Positions 25,729 through 39,714 of a stretch of DNA of 64,000 nucleotides are shown here, one piece after another (position 1 is the first letter of the stretch; every line of letters starts with the position of its first letter). The notes below the pieces were generated by a model. That model made no database searches, was not told where the DNA came from, and was given only the letters and a program-made list of their open reading frames with translations. A program made the translations under genes and the position numbers. This DNA is from Fimicolochytrium jonesii (Eukaryota): the NCBI RefSeq assembly GCF_025526975.1, contig NW_026515679.1:620001-684000 (forward strand), in the 5' to 3' direction.

Positions 25729-28700
25729 TCACGGTGTGGGCACGTCATCGCTGGTAACCCCCGTGTTCGTATCCGCACCCACTTGCGGACTCGCAAGAGC
25801 AGCGGCGGCAGGGTGAAGTTGCGGCACAAGCAGCTGTTGATTTGGCCGCACCTGTTCCATCGCGGGTGTCGCAAGTGGCGGTGGGTGTCGGTCAAGCGAC
25901 ACAGACGACGGCCTATTCTGCGCCGCTGACGGTGGTGGTGGTGCGTCCGACGCCGACGGTGGCGGCGGAGACGGCGAGGCCCCTGCGCTCGATCTCCGCC
26001 CATACCCCAGAAACCCCTTACTCCCCGTCGCAGTATTCACACCGGTGGTACTCCCATCCGGGCTCGTTTCCGCAACCGCAGGGGCGGTATCGACCGGCCG
26101 TGAGCGTCGGCGGGCCGCGTCGGGTGCTAACAGCTGCTGGGTGGATATCGCTAGTTGCAGGCCGGCGTGTGCAGACTGTGACGCGGCGGTGTTGGGCCCG
26201 ACACTCGTGCTCGAGCGGCGGTTGCGGCCGAGGGTCCAGAACCCGCTGAGCCCGCCGGCAGCGTTGCCGCCGCCGCTGCTGTTGGTTGGGCCAGCGCTGA
26301 CATTGATCCCGCCCTGGGGGAAACTGGAGGTGGATGAGGAACCCCGCCCGAGTCGCCCGCTGCCGAGGATGTCTTTTTGGAGGGCGGTCATGTCTTTGAT
26401 GGGGGAGGAGGACTGGTTGGAGCGGCCGTCGCCGGAGGTATTGTTGCTGCCCATGCTGAGGCTGGAGAGGCGGTGGTTGTGGATATGGACGTATTTGCGG
26501 GTGGCGATTTTGGCGCCCCTGTTTTGCGACTGTCAGAGCTGGATGTGGTAATCATTGGGGGTGCGGGGGTGGGAGGAGAAAAAACGTACCAGAACTCCAA
26601 CGCATCCGCCAAAACTTCCATCTTGATAGGCTTCGACAGATGATGGTCCATCCCAGCCTGCAAGAATAGCAGCCCATATCAATACCCAGAACCCCCATAC
26701 TCAACCAATCGTTGGGTGAGCTCCTCACCTCCATGCACTTCTTCCGATCCGTATCCATCGCATTCGCAGTCAACGCTGCAACCATTCAAAGATCGTCAAC
26801 ATGGCGGCCTCCCACCTCAACGTACGTCCAAGTCAAGCGGTCACGCAAGCCCCCCCCCCCCCCCCCCCCCCTTACCGATGATAACAGGCTGCATCTCAAT
26901 ACTCTTCTCGGCGCGAATCAGTCTAGTGGCTTCCAGACCATTCATTACCGGCTGACGGGTCGCGGGAAAAAAAAGCCCAGATTCAGCGTTTCAATTCAAG
27001 ATGGAGGGAGAGAGGCGACCAGGACAGGATTTACCATCTGCATATCCATAAGCACGAGATCATAGTTCCCGCGCTTGACTTCCTCGACGGCCTCGGCTCC
27101 GTTCACGACGACTTTGATTTCGTAGCCGAGACGGGAGAGCATGCGGACGGCTAGTTTTATGTTGACTAGAAAACGAAAGAATCACCCAGAAACGTTATCA
27201 ATCACCCGAAGCTATCAAAGAGAAAGGGATGAAACCAAAAAAACCTCACCCGCATTATCCTCAGCCATCAGCACACTCATCGGATACCTCTGCGCCAAAT
27301 CACTCACAACCGCCTCGGCCACGCTCGCCTTCTTCTTCGACTCCTTCGCCGCCGACGCCGCAATCGTGAAACAGAATCTACTCCCCTTGCCATGCTCACT
27401 CGTCACCCATATCCTACCCCCCATCATCTCCACCAACTGCTTGCAGATCGCCAAGCCAAGGCCAGTGCCACCGTATTTCCGCGTGGTGGAGGAATCGACC
27501 TGCGTGAAGGATTGGAAGAGGCCCGGGATGCTTTCTTGAGGGATGCCGATGCCGGTGTCGAGGACTTCGAAGGAGAGTTCGTAGTTGTTGGGGAGGGTGG
27601 GGTGCGGGGAGGCGGAGACGGTGACGACTACTTGGCCTTCCGCTGTGAATTTTACGCTGGAAGAGGGGGGGGGGGGGGGACGGTGCGTCAGTGTCTTCGT
27701 TCCAGCCATACTCGCACCCAACACCCCCTCTCAAGACACCGTAAACCCCTACCTATTCCCCACTAAATTAATCAAAATCTGCCTCAATCTCGTCACATCG
27801 CCGGTAACACATTTCGGCGTCTCCGGCATGATGTTATGCGTCAGCACCAGGCCCTTCTGGGACGCTTTGAGGTGCAGGAGGTACAGCGAGCTCTCGATGC
27901 AGTTGAAAAGGTCGAACGGGCGAGTTTCGAGTTCCAATTTGCCAGCCTCGATCTGTGGGTTTCAAAAGGGGCTTGAGGAACTGATTGGGTTTTGAATTCG
28001 TGACTTGTGGGAAGACGCACCTTTGAAAACTGTTGGGGGAAGATAAATGGAGGAATGGTGAGCTACGTACTTCGATGAATTTGCTCAAGTTAACCTTGGT
28101 TTTACGTACATCAAGCACGTCATTGACTATAATCAACAACCCATCACTACAATCTGCACGGGCACACGAAAAAATAAAGCAGTCAGCTCCATCCAGCTTT
28201 GCGTGCATAGAGCCCCACCACTTATGCCCGCTCACATTACCTCGTATAGAATTCGTCAGATCCTTCTGATCCGAATTCAACGGTGTTTCTGCCAGCAGAG
28301 CGCTCAATCCTGGTATACAAACATGAGATGTCAGTGCGGGTGATAGTGCCAAAGATGGCGAGGACATACCAATGATGCCATTGAGGGGTGTCCTGATCTC
28401 GTGGGTTATCGTCGCCAAGAACCTGCCACACACAGAAGATTCATGTTAATCAGCATCCCCGATATAACCTCCATACAACGAAATTCACATCCCCCAACTC
28501 ACGCCGACTTGGCCGCATTCGCACAATCCGCCTCCACCTTCGCCGCCTCCAACGCCTTGGTCCGTTCCTGCACCTTATTATCCAGCGAATCATACTGAGA
28601 GCTCAACTGCTGCGCCATCGTATTAAACGCCACCATCAGATCCGTAATCTCATCATGGCAATGGCTCGCAGAAAGTGGGACGCGGACGTCGTAGTTGCCC

Positions 28701-30366
28701 GAGGAGAATTGCAGGGCGAAGGAGGCGAGACGACGGATGGGGAGCACGACGGAACGCGCGGCTATGAGGGTGGTGAGGAGGGAGCAGATGATGACGAAGA
28801 TGATGGCGAGGAGGAGGGAGGTGCGGAGGCGGACTACCGGGGTGTTGATTTCGGCTTCGGAGACTAGGAAACGAGAATGAAGAGGTTCGGTTAGCGAATA
28901 GGGTGCAGTATATTACCCCGTGCCTCTCCAGACTGTGAACACTCTCAGCAGACGACATCCACCACATAAAACTCACTCTCAGAAGCCAAATACCACCCCT
29001 CGCCCACGGGATACATCGCGCCCATAACCCTCGACCCATCAAACGACACAAACGTGCCCACATGCGTCTTGTTGTCCTGCAGCGCCGTCTGGAAAAGCGG
29101 GTAGCTGGCGAGGGAGTGCTCGCCGGGGAAGTATTCGGGGTTGCGCATTGGAGGAAGGATGAAGCGGTAGGCGGTCTAGGCGGGAGGAGAGGGGATTAGA
29201 GGGAATGATGGGGAGGAGGGGAATGGAGCGATGGAACAACGGAAGGAAGACGAGAGCTTGGAGGAGCTTATTGGAACGTTCTGTTGGACAATACCTCGTT
29301 GACGGCTTTGACTACGACGAGTTGGCCTGTGTCGCCCAATCCAGCTGCAAACGAGGAAGATCGGAAAAGCCACTGAGCAAGCGTGGACAGACTTCAAGGA
29401 AACGATATATGAATACCGGAACCTACCAGACTCATAGATAATCGGCGCCAGCTCATCCGCCCTCATCATCATGCGAATGTAACCCTCCACATTTGACAAG
29501 TTTGTCGCGTCGTGTATGGGTTGAATCAACCCCCAGACAAAACTATTGTCGGCGAGTGGTGGCGGAGCCTGAGAGCGGGGATTAGCGCCGGCAAACGGTG
29601 TGGCCGATGGTGGGTGAAGAACAGGCGGCTGGCCAGCACCACCTCTGGGGGGCGGACGCTCACTCACATGCAGATCGACGGGGACGGATTCCATCATCTG
29701 CGGCAGCAGGAGGTGGTGTCCTAGCGGTAGCTCAAACCGGCGGTCCAGTTCGGTCATGTTGATGCCGTCGGCGACGGTTTGGAACACGGTGCTTCCGTTG
29801 AGGGATAGGAACTCGATGATCAGCATGAAGTTCTGCGACGTCGCGGCCGTGGCGAGGTCGCGGTTGCCGACGGCCGTCTCGTTGGCGTCGAGCACTTTGC
29901 CCGCTGCGATCTCCTTCAGGAATCCTTGGATGAGCAGCCGCGAGGCGATCAGGTTCAGGTCGCCGAAGCGTTTCATGATGTACTGCGTGAGATGCTGGCT
30001 GCGGAGCAGCGCTATGGTGTCGATGCGTTTCTCCAGCTCCGCTGTCAGCGTCTTGGACGTGCTGATCCACGCAATCGCTGCCATCAACCCGACGGAGACC
30101 ATCGTCAACAGCACGGCCAGCAGAGCCATTTTGACCCCGATCGTCATCCGGCACGGTTGGAAGTCCTGCCCCGGGAACGCACCCGCGTGTTCGCCGGGTA
30201 CCATCCCGCCAGCACCTAGACCGCTACTTCTGCTGCGTCGCTCGGCTAGGCGCTCGGCGGTGCCGTACGTGCCTTCTTCGACGGCACGGTCGCCGCGCTC
30301 GTCGTCTACATAGCGTGATTTGGATGGGGATATCGCGCTGAGCTTGGACTTCAGTCTTGCTTTCAT
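25729..30366 (-). CDS. Transmembrane hybrid histidine kinase (TM-sensor-TM-HAMP-HisKA-HATPase-REC), Sln1/TcsB-like; many exons
   Basis: Two hydrophobic segments; [19 protein letters not shown]-box [50 protein letters not shown]; receiver [23 protein letters not shown]. Confidence 0.93.
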
Positions 30367-31111
30367 TATCGCTTGCGGATGAATACAGATAATCAGCCGT
30401 CGTATATACACTGCAAACGCTTCCTCAACCCACAGCTAGTGCAATAGTCAGAGCGTTCACGCGAAAGGTGACCCCAATGCTTTTTCCCTACGCTATAAGA
30501 TCCGTTCTGATATCAAAGAACTCTGTCTTATACGCTCCAACAGTGACGTTCACTTTGCGATTCCTCGCTGAAGTGCCGAGACTTCCTTCACTTTGTTCTG
30601 GATTAGCTTGCCGTTGATCCCAAAAACGGACTCGATACCACTGTTTTAGACTAAACCTTTTGTTCTCTGTGGTTGCGCGGCCCATATAGTGATGACGGAC
30701 GGTTTCTGTCAAGGCATGGAGCTATGGAATATTCTTTCACATGGCCAACCTTGTGTCAAACAAGGTTGTCTTTGTTTCGAGGAGCGAGGGGTTTGAGTCT
30801 TTTCTTCGGGCTTGTGCGTTGTTCAGTTTGGCTTGCATATGGGGGAAACGAAGCTGGTTGCTGGGGGGAGGTCCTTTATTGCTAGTGTTGTCGGAGAACG
30901 AATGGCCTGTCATTGTTGGAGGCATGGTGGGGGAATGTCGAAGCTTGGCTTGCGATCTCATCCTTCATCCTTCGCAGTCGCGATCTATGATAATTCTCTT
31001 ACAAGCGCGCGCTGGGAAGGGGAACCAGGAGTCCATAGCCACCATAGGCATAGACATTGACCGGCCAGTGTTGGTGACAATGGGCATATGTTCACGAAAC
31101 ATCGAAGGAGG

Positions 31112-31161
31112 TAGGGTTAGGGTTTGGAGTTAGGGATAGGGTTAGGGTTAGGGTTAGGGTT
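31112..31161 (+). repeat. Interstitial telomere-like (TTAGGG)n tract
   Basis: TAGGGTTAGGGTTTGGAGTTAGGGATAGGGTTAGGGTTAGGGTTAGGGTT, about 8 partly degenerate units. Confidence 0.85.
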
Positions 31162-31359
31162 GTTGAATGTGGCGAGGCATATACATACGTGAGTGCGGCA
31201 AGGTGGAAGCCTGCAAAGAACAGAGAGTTTGCGAGAGGCAGCAGGCCTGGAGAAACATCGCCATCATGAATGTATGGCCAAAAAAATTTGGATTGACTGA
31301 GCATGCCCATTGACATGGACGAATGTCAGATGAAGTGGATACGCATACATTGTTGAACG

Positions 31360-31896
31360 TTGCATTGCTCGGCCAACATTCTTATCACCCGGGATATCCT
31401 GATCGCGAACGGTGCATCCTACGACGCGAGCGTCCTGGACCAAGTTATCCGTCTGCAATACGTAGATCTCGCTAAGCTCCATCCTTACCGGCACGGCCAA
31501 CCGTCGGAAACGACTCTTACATTAGCCCCGTCGGACACCGCGTCAGGTCTTGCCGTCGTCGAACGGGAGGATAAGAAGATCAAGATCGACTCGCTCGGCG
31601 CGTGGCAACAGGCGTGGAAACAGTATCAGATCTTGAACGCACGCCTGTATCCCGGCCGTTATCAGGAGCTCGCATCGTACCAGGATACCATCATCCACCT
31701 GGATTCCCTGTATGGGTGGAAGGTCGTCAAGAACTTCGACAAGCGCCGGCGCCTTTATTCCTCAGATCGCCCCGCGGTCCCTCTTGCCCAAGATATCCCT
31801 GAAATCCGACAAGAGTTCCTTCATTGTGAAAGTGGTCGATCATCCCCTGAGAATGGATCTAATTCGGGTCGTTCGCGGGCGGAGATGATCTACTAG
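31360..31896 (+). mobile_element. Gag-like ORF fragment of a DIRS/Ngaro-type (tyrosine recombinase) retrotransposon
   Basis: Intronless ORF with the pattern YVDLAKL...IDSLGAWQQAWKQY...PGRYQELASYQDTI...YGWKVVKNFDKRRR, typical of DIRS/Ngaro ORF1; no RT or recombinase ORF nearby. Confidence 0.65.
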
Positions 31897-32432
31897 CGGC
31901 GAGTGCAAGGTAAAAGGCAGAGACCAAGTAAAAGCCTATTCTCACCACACCAGTAGACACGCTTGGGCGTACTCCGTATATTGACAACCACGTACTGCTA
32001 GTCGAATGTGCGCTAGTCAGCCTAGTTGATGAGCACTATATGGTACAAACTTATGGTTCCGTTCATGACCGTTACAATGCTCCCCGGTCAATCTACACCG
32101 GAGGAGCCCCCTCCCGCCCAGGTCCGAAATCTGCTAAGACCGCCGACCGGTCACCGCATTCTAGTTTCCGAGCGGCGAGTGGTTGCACGATATTTGCAAC
32201 AGGGCGGTTCATGGTTGTGAGCGGGCGGGCGGGAGGGAGGGTTGTCGAGATGGCCTCCCGACGCGAATGACGTTTTGTCGATTGTTCCAAATTGCGCGCT
32301 GAGCCTCACTTCAACGTTCTCGCAAAAAGCTCTGGCCGAGTAAGGACATTGCAGTGATTGCACAGCACAAGGTCAAAGGAACCTCGCAACACAGGCCCAC
32401 CGCCGAGCAAGAGACCTCCCCAATTCGCAGCA

Positions 32433-35305
32433 ATGGACGACCGCCACGCCTCCAACGACGCCGCCGCACCCACCCACTCCGACACCGCCAACTCCCACTC
32501 CCAATCCTCCAAACGAAAACCCAAAAAAGTAAAACTCGACACCCTCCTCGACCAATTCCTGCAAGAGAACCCCGTCTGCGAGCCCTTCAAATCAAACGCC
32601 CACTCTCAGGATCGCGATGTCCACAACAACAACAGGGCGAGCGAGTATCTCGAGGAAGAGCAACGGAGGAGGGGGCTTGTCAGGGGTGGTGTGAGGGCGG
32701 GAGTCGGGGCCGGCGGGCGGAGGATGAATGCGACGGAGCAGTTTCTGGTTAATTTGGCGAGCAGTTTGTATGCGTATGGGACGCCGACGCATAGTTTGTG
32801 GTATCATATGAAGCAGGTAAGGGTGGTGGGAGAGAGGGAGTGGGAAGAGGCGTGTGTGTTGTGGGAGATCACCCTGCTGACTGTTCCCACTCTTCCAGGT
32901 AGCGAAGGGCCTGGGTCGGGCAGATACCGATTTCACAGTGTTCCCAACGTACATGATGATCGGGTTCCGGCATGACGATGAACCAGGTATGGCCTCCCCA
33001 TCGTTCTCCACTGAACTGTGAGACGTTCTCCGCGTATGCAATCTAACCAAACTCCCTGCGGCAGCTGCCTACCCCCTCTTCTTCCTCACCAACGCCGGCT
33101 TCGACGTCTACAAGCTGGCACTCGTCGAAGAGCTCGCGCGCCGCGTCGCATCTTACGCAACCGCACAAACCTACATCGGCGCGCCGCGCGCCCAACGCCG
33201 GCTCTCCCAGGTCGACGTAAGCCGGTTCCATCCGCCGCCGCAGCAGGCGCGCAACAACCGCAATCCTCGGCCCGGGTTGTTGAGGGCTATGACGATGGGG
33301 TCGGTGAGCTCGCTGAACCGGTCGTCGAGCTTGCCGTCGATCGCTCCTGAGACTGGTGGCGGCGGGCTGGATCGACGGCCGAGTAGGCTGAACAGGTTCC
33401 GCAATATCGTGTCGGAGGTCATAAAGGGGAAGGGACGCGCGATGGAGACACCGGCGTCGGTGCTGCCTGGAGGCGGGAATGCGGATTTGGAGAGTGCGAT
33501 GTTGCACTCGCCGACGGATATGTCGGATCATGAGGAGGATGAGCAGCTGGATTTGAAGCGGTGGATCTTGGAACTCGCTGCGCATGGCCATGGTAAAGCA
33601 CATGAGATCAAACGGATACTGTCACTGCGTATCTAACAGCATCGCCCCTCTCATTGTACGCAGACATATTCGCCGGACGCGGAAACAAGCCTAAGAAACA
33701 CAAAAAGCATCGATCCCGCGTAGGCAAAAAGTCCGGTTCATCCAGCGATTCCTCCGACTCGAGCAGCAGCAGCAGCAGTAGCAGCGACGATGACGAAGGG
33801 GCTTCAAACCCGTCCCGGCCACTTCTTTCCCGTCGCCGACCAAAGAGGCAGGATGATGCACACAACGCCGAACCGTCCACTGCAACTGCAACAAGCGGGA
33901 ATGACAAGCCGGCAAACAACACATCCACACCATCGCAAGACGGTCGTCATAAACCGTCAAAGGAGGATCTGACCTCTGCGTTTGAGATTATTGCGGTGGA
34001 GGATGCCAACGCGCGATTGAAGCAGATCGTACAGTTGCCGGACTACTACCCCGAGGTACATTTCTTCACTTCCACAAATTGAGAGCGTTGTCTCACAACG
34101 TTGCTGACACATCGTACACTAGTGGGTACAATACCTGTTATCTGGCCTAGCCGCAGCCGGCGCCGCGGGCCTGTTCTTTGACGGGCAGTGGCTGGACGTG
34201 TTGGTGTCGGGGATTTTGGGGACGGTGGTGGCGTGGCTGGGCGGGCTCTGTGAGAGTCAGCGGACCATGGGGAAGGTTTATGAGGTAGGGGTTCCTCACA
34301 TGGAGTAGTCCATTTTGATGAGGACACTGGTGGTTCTGACTTGACTGTTTTTGGCATTTTATTTAGTTTTTGGGAGCAGCTCTGGTAGCGTTCACCGTCC
34401 GGACGCTGATAGGACTTGGGGTCCCGCTGTGTTATTCGGCCTCCATTCTGTCGTCAAGCATGTTCCTCCTCCAAGGCGTCACGGTACCGTATTAACCGTT
34501 TCATCCAATGCGTCTTCCGATCCCGTGCTCAAACCCCACTTCTTCTCCACCTATAGATAACCCTAGCCCTAGTCGAACTCGGCACCCGCCACATGATCTC
34601 CGGCACCTCCCGCCTCGCCTACGGCATCGTCATGACCGGCCTCATCGGCTACGGCCTCGACCTCGGCACAACCCTGTCCGCCGGCATGTTCCACGAGCCC
34701 AAACTCCCCGACGATATGCCCGCAACCTGCCCCGGCCTCTCCTCCACCGCCAAACTCCTCCTGTTCCTGCCCACATCCCTAACCCTCAGCATGGGCCTTG
34801 GCGCACATCCCGTGCAATTACCGATGCTGTCGGTGATCTCCGCGATCGGGTACGCGGTGTATAATCTGGCTGCGACAAGGTTTTCGGATAATCTGGCGAG
34901 CGCGATCGGGAGTTTCGCGATCGGCGTTAGCAGTAACCTGCATGCGAGGTGGAGTAAGAGTCCCGCGATTGTGAATGATTTGGGCGGGTTGAATATGTTG
35001 TTTCCTGGTGCGCTCGCTGTTCGAGGTAACATCAAAGAATCATACATGTCGTAACTATCATCTCACCAAACAAACTCTTACGCCGTTAATCTCTTCCTAA
35101 AGGCATAATGAAGATAATCGGCGGCGACGGCAACGACGATATCGCCAACGGGCTCGCGCTGTCGCTCAATGTGCTCGTCGTCGGCCTCTCGCTCGGCGTG
35201 GGCATGTTCATGGCCTCTATCGTCGCCCCGTTGCCGTCGATGCGTATGCCTGGGTCGCGGAGGGGGAAGGGTAAGGGGCCGTTGATTGATAATTTGCATT
35301 TTTGA
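32433..35305 (+). CDS. ThrE/DUF1212 threonine-serine exporter family membrane protein (Prm10-like), multi-exon
   Basis: FLVNLASSLYAYGTPTH, GFDVYKL, LLQGVTITLALVELGTRHMISGTSRLAYG, NMLFPGALAVRG; many hydrophobic helices. Confidence 0.85.
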
Positions 35306-36839
35306 TTTGGTTTGGGTGGGACGGGGGTTATATGTATATTATTGTAGGGATTTGGGGGATGGTTTGTACTGTATGTAGATGGGGGTTTTGCTGTGACCTT
35401 GTGTGTTTGTGGATGTGTGTGGATATTTTGGTTGGGACTGTGTATGTATTCAAGCGTTATTCTGGTCAATGGATGTGCAAGGAATGGGAAAGACAGGGCT
35501 GAGCAACTCATCATAACCCCAGACTGACTGGGGGCCTGGCGAGGGTGCCTTGCCTATCTCCGGCAGACGCCGTGACCTTCTGCCGCTCATTCGAGGATGC
35601 CCAACCGCTGCGTTATCCACTCCGCAAACCTTGCCCATGCCATTTGGTGCCAGGACCGGCTATGCTTTTTAATCTTTGCCGATCCGCCGGTTTTCAGCAA
35701 AGTTTGAGATGCCCAAGATACCTATTCAGGACACACGAGCGGCGACATGGTTGCGCTGTACCCGACTAGATACGCCAAGTGATCTCCCCAGAAACCAGAC
35801 TGGTGGGCTCAAGAGCTACTATTGCTATATCGGGGGCCTGTGGGCGCTTTGCTCGCTTTCTTCATTGGCGCGAGCAGCTTAGCTCTGTCTGAGGGCCAAG
35901 AGTAGCGGGGACAACTAAAGCGAAGCGAGCGAGTTCCTTACGTCGAAGGCGCCATACTCCGAATCACGGCTTCTTAGTGAGCCCCGGCATGCGTGGGGGG
36001 GGAGACAGATGGTGGGTGCGATTGACAGTATTGTCCTGTCAATGAGCCACAACGCGATCGCCTCTCCGCAGCCTCTCCGCCCTCTTGCTTTGAAGCCATA
36101 CGAGCGACTCCTTGCTCATATTTCTTGAGGAATGTCTTTGTGCCCTGCATGTGCAAAGCCCTCATTCGTCGTCGGGAAACCATCCTGCATTCGTTCACAG
36201 GGTAAGGAACCTCGCCGCGTGCGTTAGGGGCACACGGTCGACTCGTGGCATTCCAGCACCTGGAAGAGCGGGGGGCTCACGCTGTCCTCGCTACCCACCA
36301 GAATAGCGATCGCGCCTCAGGTGGCCTCAGGATCGCGCCCCGCGCGCCAGAGGTTGCATATTAGTACATATATGCTACCTTGGCACGAGTAGAACCTCCG
36401 AGCGATGGACCTTCTCCGCTTCCGAACAAGGCCAATCATGGAGATATGGCATCTTCACATTTGACACCAAATCCCGGCCCACTTTTCTAATGGGAAACCA
36501 GTTTAGCATCGGATGATACCCGCCCGGAGAGAACAGTATTAAGAGTAAGCGATGTCCACGGACTCACCCAATGAGAGTTGACGTGCAGGATAACAACAGC
36601 GGACCAAACAATGTCTGAAGTGAAAACCCGGTCGACGGTAGACCCTCCCGCCTTTACTGCGACGACGTCTCTCTGCAATTCAAATCAGCAAGATTCGGGA
36701 CCTGACTCGGGTACGGTAATTCTTGACACGCGTGTCTACCAGAATGCCCTGCACGGTCTGAATCTGTCTGCGGGATACCAGTCTGCACCGCCGGGGGTTC
36801 CAAGGAGAAGCCCACCAAGCTGCGAATCAGGCTGCTAGC

Positions 36840-37990
36840 CAGGCAGCCCTATAGGCGGCCAGTAGAACCAGAGATACTTGCCCTTTCTTTGTTCCTTTTC
36901 GCGTCGGTGGACAGCTGAGGTGGGGCGTCGGCAAATATGTAGTCGGTGAGGGGTGCGTCCAGCGACCGAGAGTGCGCTGTGCAGATTGCAGTTTGAGGTG
37001 GGTCGGGAATGCAGACTGCGAGGTTGGATGGCGCAGAGCTGGGCGCAGAGGGAGAATTGGACGAGTTCAAGTTCCTGGGAGACCAGGCCGCGCTCGAGTT
37101 TGCAGCCGACAGCGGTCATAGTGACATCGTCAATCACTTGCTCAAGCACTCCTCTTTTCCGCCGGAGCTACCCGGCGACAGGTTTCTCACCGCGCGCAAG
37201 GCTTCTGCCTCACGGAGTCGTATGGATCTCGGCACATGCTTTGGCTCGCTCGGGCGTCTGGAGAGGGAGCACTTCCAACATTGCTTGGAGCATGTGTGTT
37301 CCGCCCAGCCGGAATTTGGAGTTGGATGTCATGAATCCTGCATGAATCCTGCGGGGGCGGGCGGATTTGCTACACGCAGAGGTCGAACCAAGGTTCAGAG
37401 GGACGCCTCTAAAGAATGTCAGTCTGCAGGGCCACCGGGATGCGGGGATGTACATTCTAGAAAGGGGCGGCGAGATCGATGATGCGTTTCAGAGCGCATG
37501 CACGGGCGGCCATCTGGAGCTCGCGAAGGAGCTCTGGGGCATGCGCGGAGAAGGACGACTGGATCTGGACGGCGCGTTGCGGAGCGCATGCACGTTCGGC
37601 CGCCTAGAGCTTGTGCGGCAGCTCCTGTGCGGAGACGGACGACGGGATCTGGAAATGGGGCTCGTGAGAGCGGGTTGAATATCACCACCTGGATGTTGTG
37701 CGGCTCCTTCTGGACGCCGGCGCGAACGCTGACTGTGGGTTGGCCCGACCTGGAGGACGCGCTAAGGTTCATGTTAAGGGTGGGTGGAGAGACGGGAGAT
37801 GCTATTAACAGGTTGGTGGCTTCTCATGGGCCCCTGCGCTTCGGGGCGCGAAGCGCAGTGGCCCACTTCCGTCTGAGGTCTCGGCGGATGTTCCAATTGC
37901 TTTGGGAACTCGTTAAAATCCAGCTCTGGCGCGGGGTGACCAACTCGAAGGAAGCACCAAACAATAAAGCCAGAGTTACAAAAACCAGTG
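36840..37990 (+). pseudogene. Degenerate ankyrin-repeat protein relic
   Basis: Ankyrin-like motifs ALEFAADSGHSDIVNHLL, FQSACTGGHLELAKEL, LRSACTFGRLELVRQLL and HHLDVVRLLLDAGA are spread over different frames with stops. Confidence 0.6.
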
Positions 37991-38404
37991 TTCGCACCGA
38001 CTTTGGGCCCTGAACTACTCCGGTTCTGACTCTGCATCAATCACTGGTAATGGTTAAAGTCCCAAACAAGATCTCTCACACTGTGGATCTGATCAGTCCG
38101 ATCCTCAATTAAATATGGCTTTTTGGCAATTTTTCGATATTGTACTGAAAGCGGTTTCTCTCCACTCAACCCTCTGCTCCCGCTCGCAACCAAATCCGTG
38201 TTCACAAACCGTGCGGGAGCGATTCTCTGAATAAGCGCTGTGTATTAAATATCGCAGGAAAAGGGCAGTAGCGCGCACTCCCCCTCCTACATATGGGCCT
38301 AGAACCGCAAACGCCGCATATCACCGGAAGAAGGCGGCGCCGATATCTTTCTATATTGTATGTACAAAATGCAGCAGAAGGGGTTGGTTCAGTAGAAAGG
38401 GCTT

Positions 38405-39450
38405 TCAGTTCGTGGTGGCGGTGGCGGCCCTCCTCTTTTGCCGTGGCTTGAGCCATTCCTGGGGAAACTCGAGGCCGACGTTGCGGGGTTTGAGGTGCCG
38501 CATGTCTAATGGGATGTCTGTGAAGGAGTCCGTTGTGTCCTGTAGGTATGAAGAGATGGGTGGATGAGTACGAGATATCCAATTGTCGAAACAGAATTGC
38601 TGCTGCAGAGCTGCGGACCGCACCTTAGCATCCTCCACCATCCTCCTCACCGCCCTCGCCAATTCCACCCTATTCTGATCCCTATCACTCAGCGCATCCT
38701 TCACGCCCTCAACCGGCGTCTCCTTCTTCAATGTGATAACATCAATGTACGGGTCGTAGTTTTGTCCCGCGAGGAGGAGCAATTTATGCCGCTGCTGGGC
38801 GTCAAGGTTGAGCCCGGCGACGGGGACGTGCAGCTTGACGTCGGTGTCGACTGGCGCCGGTTGCGTGAAGTCGTAGGTAAAGCGGTCGCGGGTTTCGACT
38901 ATCAGGGTGTGGTGCGGAGTTGGGGGTGTGAAGGGGCGCGATAGGTCTGCGAGAAGAAATGAGTTACAAAGGTTAACTCATGTTGCTCGTTGATCGTCGG
39001 AAAGAGCGCTGTTGGAGGTGCCTAGATTCTCCCTACGCCATTTTGACCGCCGCAACCAAACGTCCCTCCCATTCGGTAGACTCGCACTTCCGTCCGTCAA
39101 CGTCCTCCTCTTCGTCACCGCCAGTTCTCTCCAAGATCACCCTCACCCTGTTCCCTCAACCAACCTTTCAACATCCCCTGGTCATCCCTCATCTTCACCA
39201 ACAGCTCCTTAACCCATTCCGCCGTCTCCAAGAAGTCTAGCTCGTAGCGGTGCACGCCATCGACGGCGAGATTGCCCGTGAGTGCTTTCACGCCGTCGTC
39301 CTCGTCGCGGCGCTCTCCCGCGGTCTGTTTTCGACGGGCGAGGTTTATTGGCGTTGTTGTAAAGGATCGGAGGTGAGCTGGTGTGGGGAAGAAGGGGCGG
39401 GGGATGGACCGCCGTGCTGCTTGGCGGAGACAGTGGGATGGGAGGTGCAT
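38405..39450 (-). CDS. RSM24: Mitochondrial small ribosomal subunit protein mS35 (Rsm24-like); 3 exons
   Basis: Mitochondrial presequence; LSRPFTPPT, RHKLLLLAG.NYD, DTTDSFTDIPLDMRH, LEFPQEW. Confidence 0.8.
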
Positions 39451-39714
39451 AGTTGTGTTGTCGTTGGGCGTTGGGCGGAAGGTGCGGGATTAGCCCCTTT
39501 GCTCTGCCTTTGCTGTTGCTCAATTTGTCTAGCGAGCTGAGCGACACGTGAGAAATTTGACCTTCTTCCAACTCTCGGTCGGTCACTTTTACAAACTCAG
39601 AAAACTGGAATTGCGCCAAACCACCGCCAACACCCAACCGCTTTACAGCAACACCACAGCAACCTCTATCCCCTGACGGAAAGAGCAGGCGAACAGCGGA
39701 ATACAGAAGCCAAA

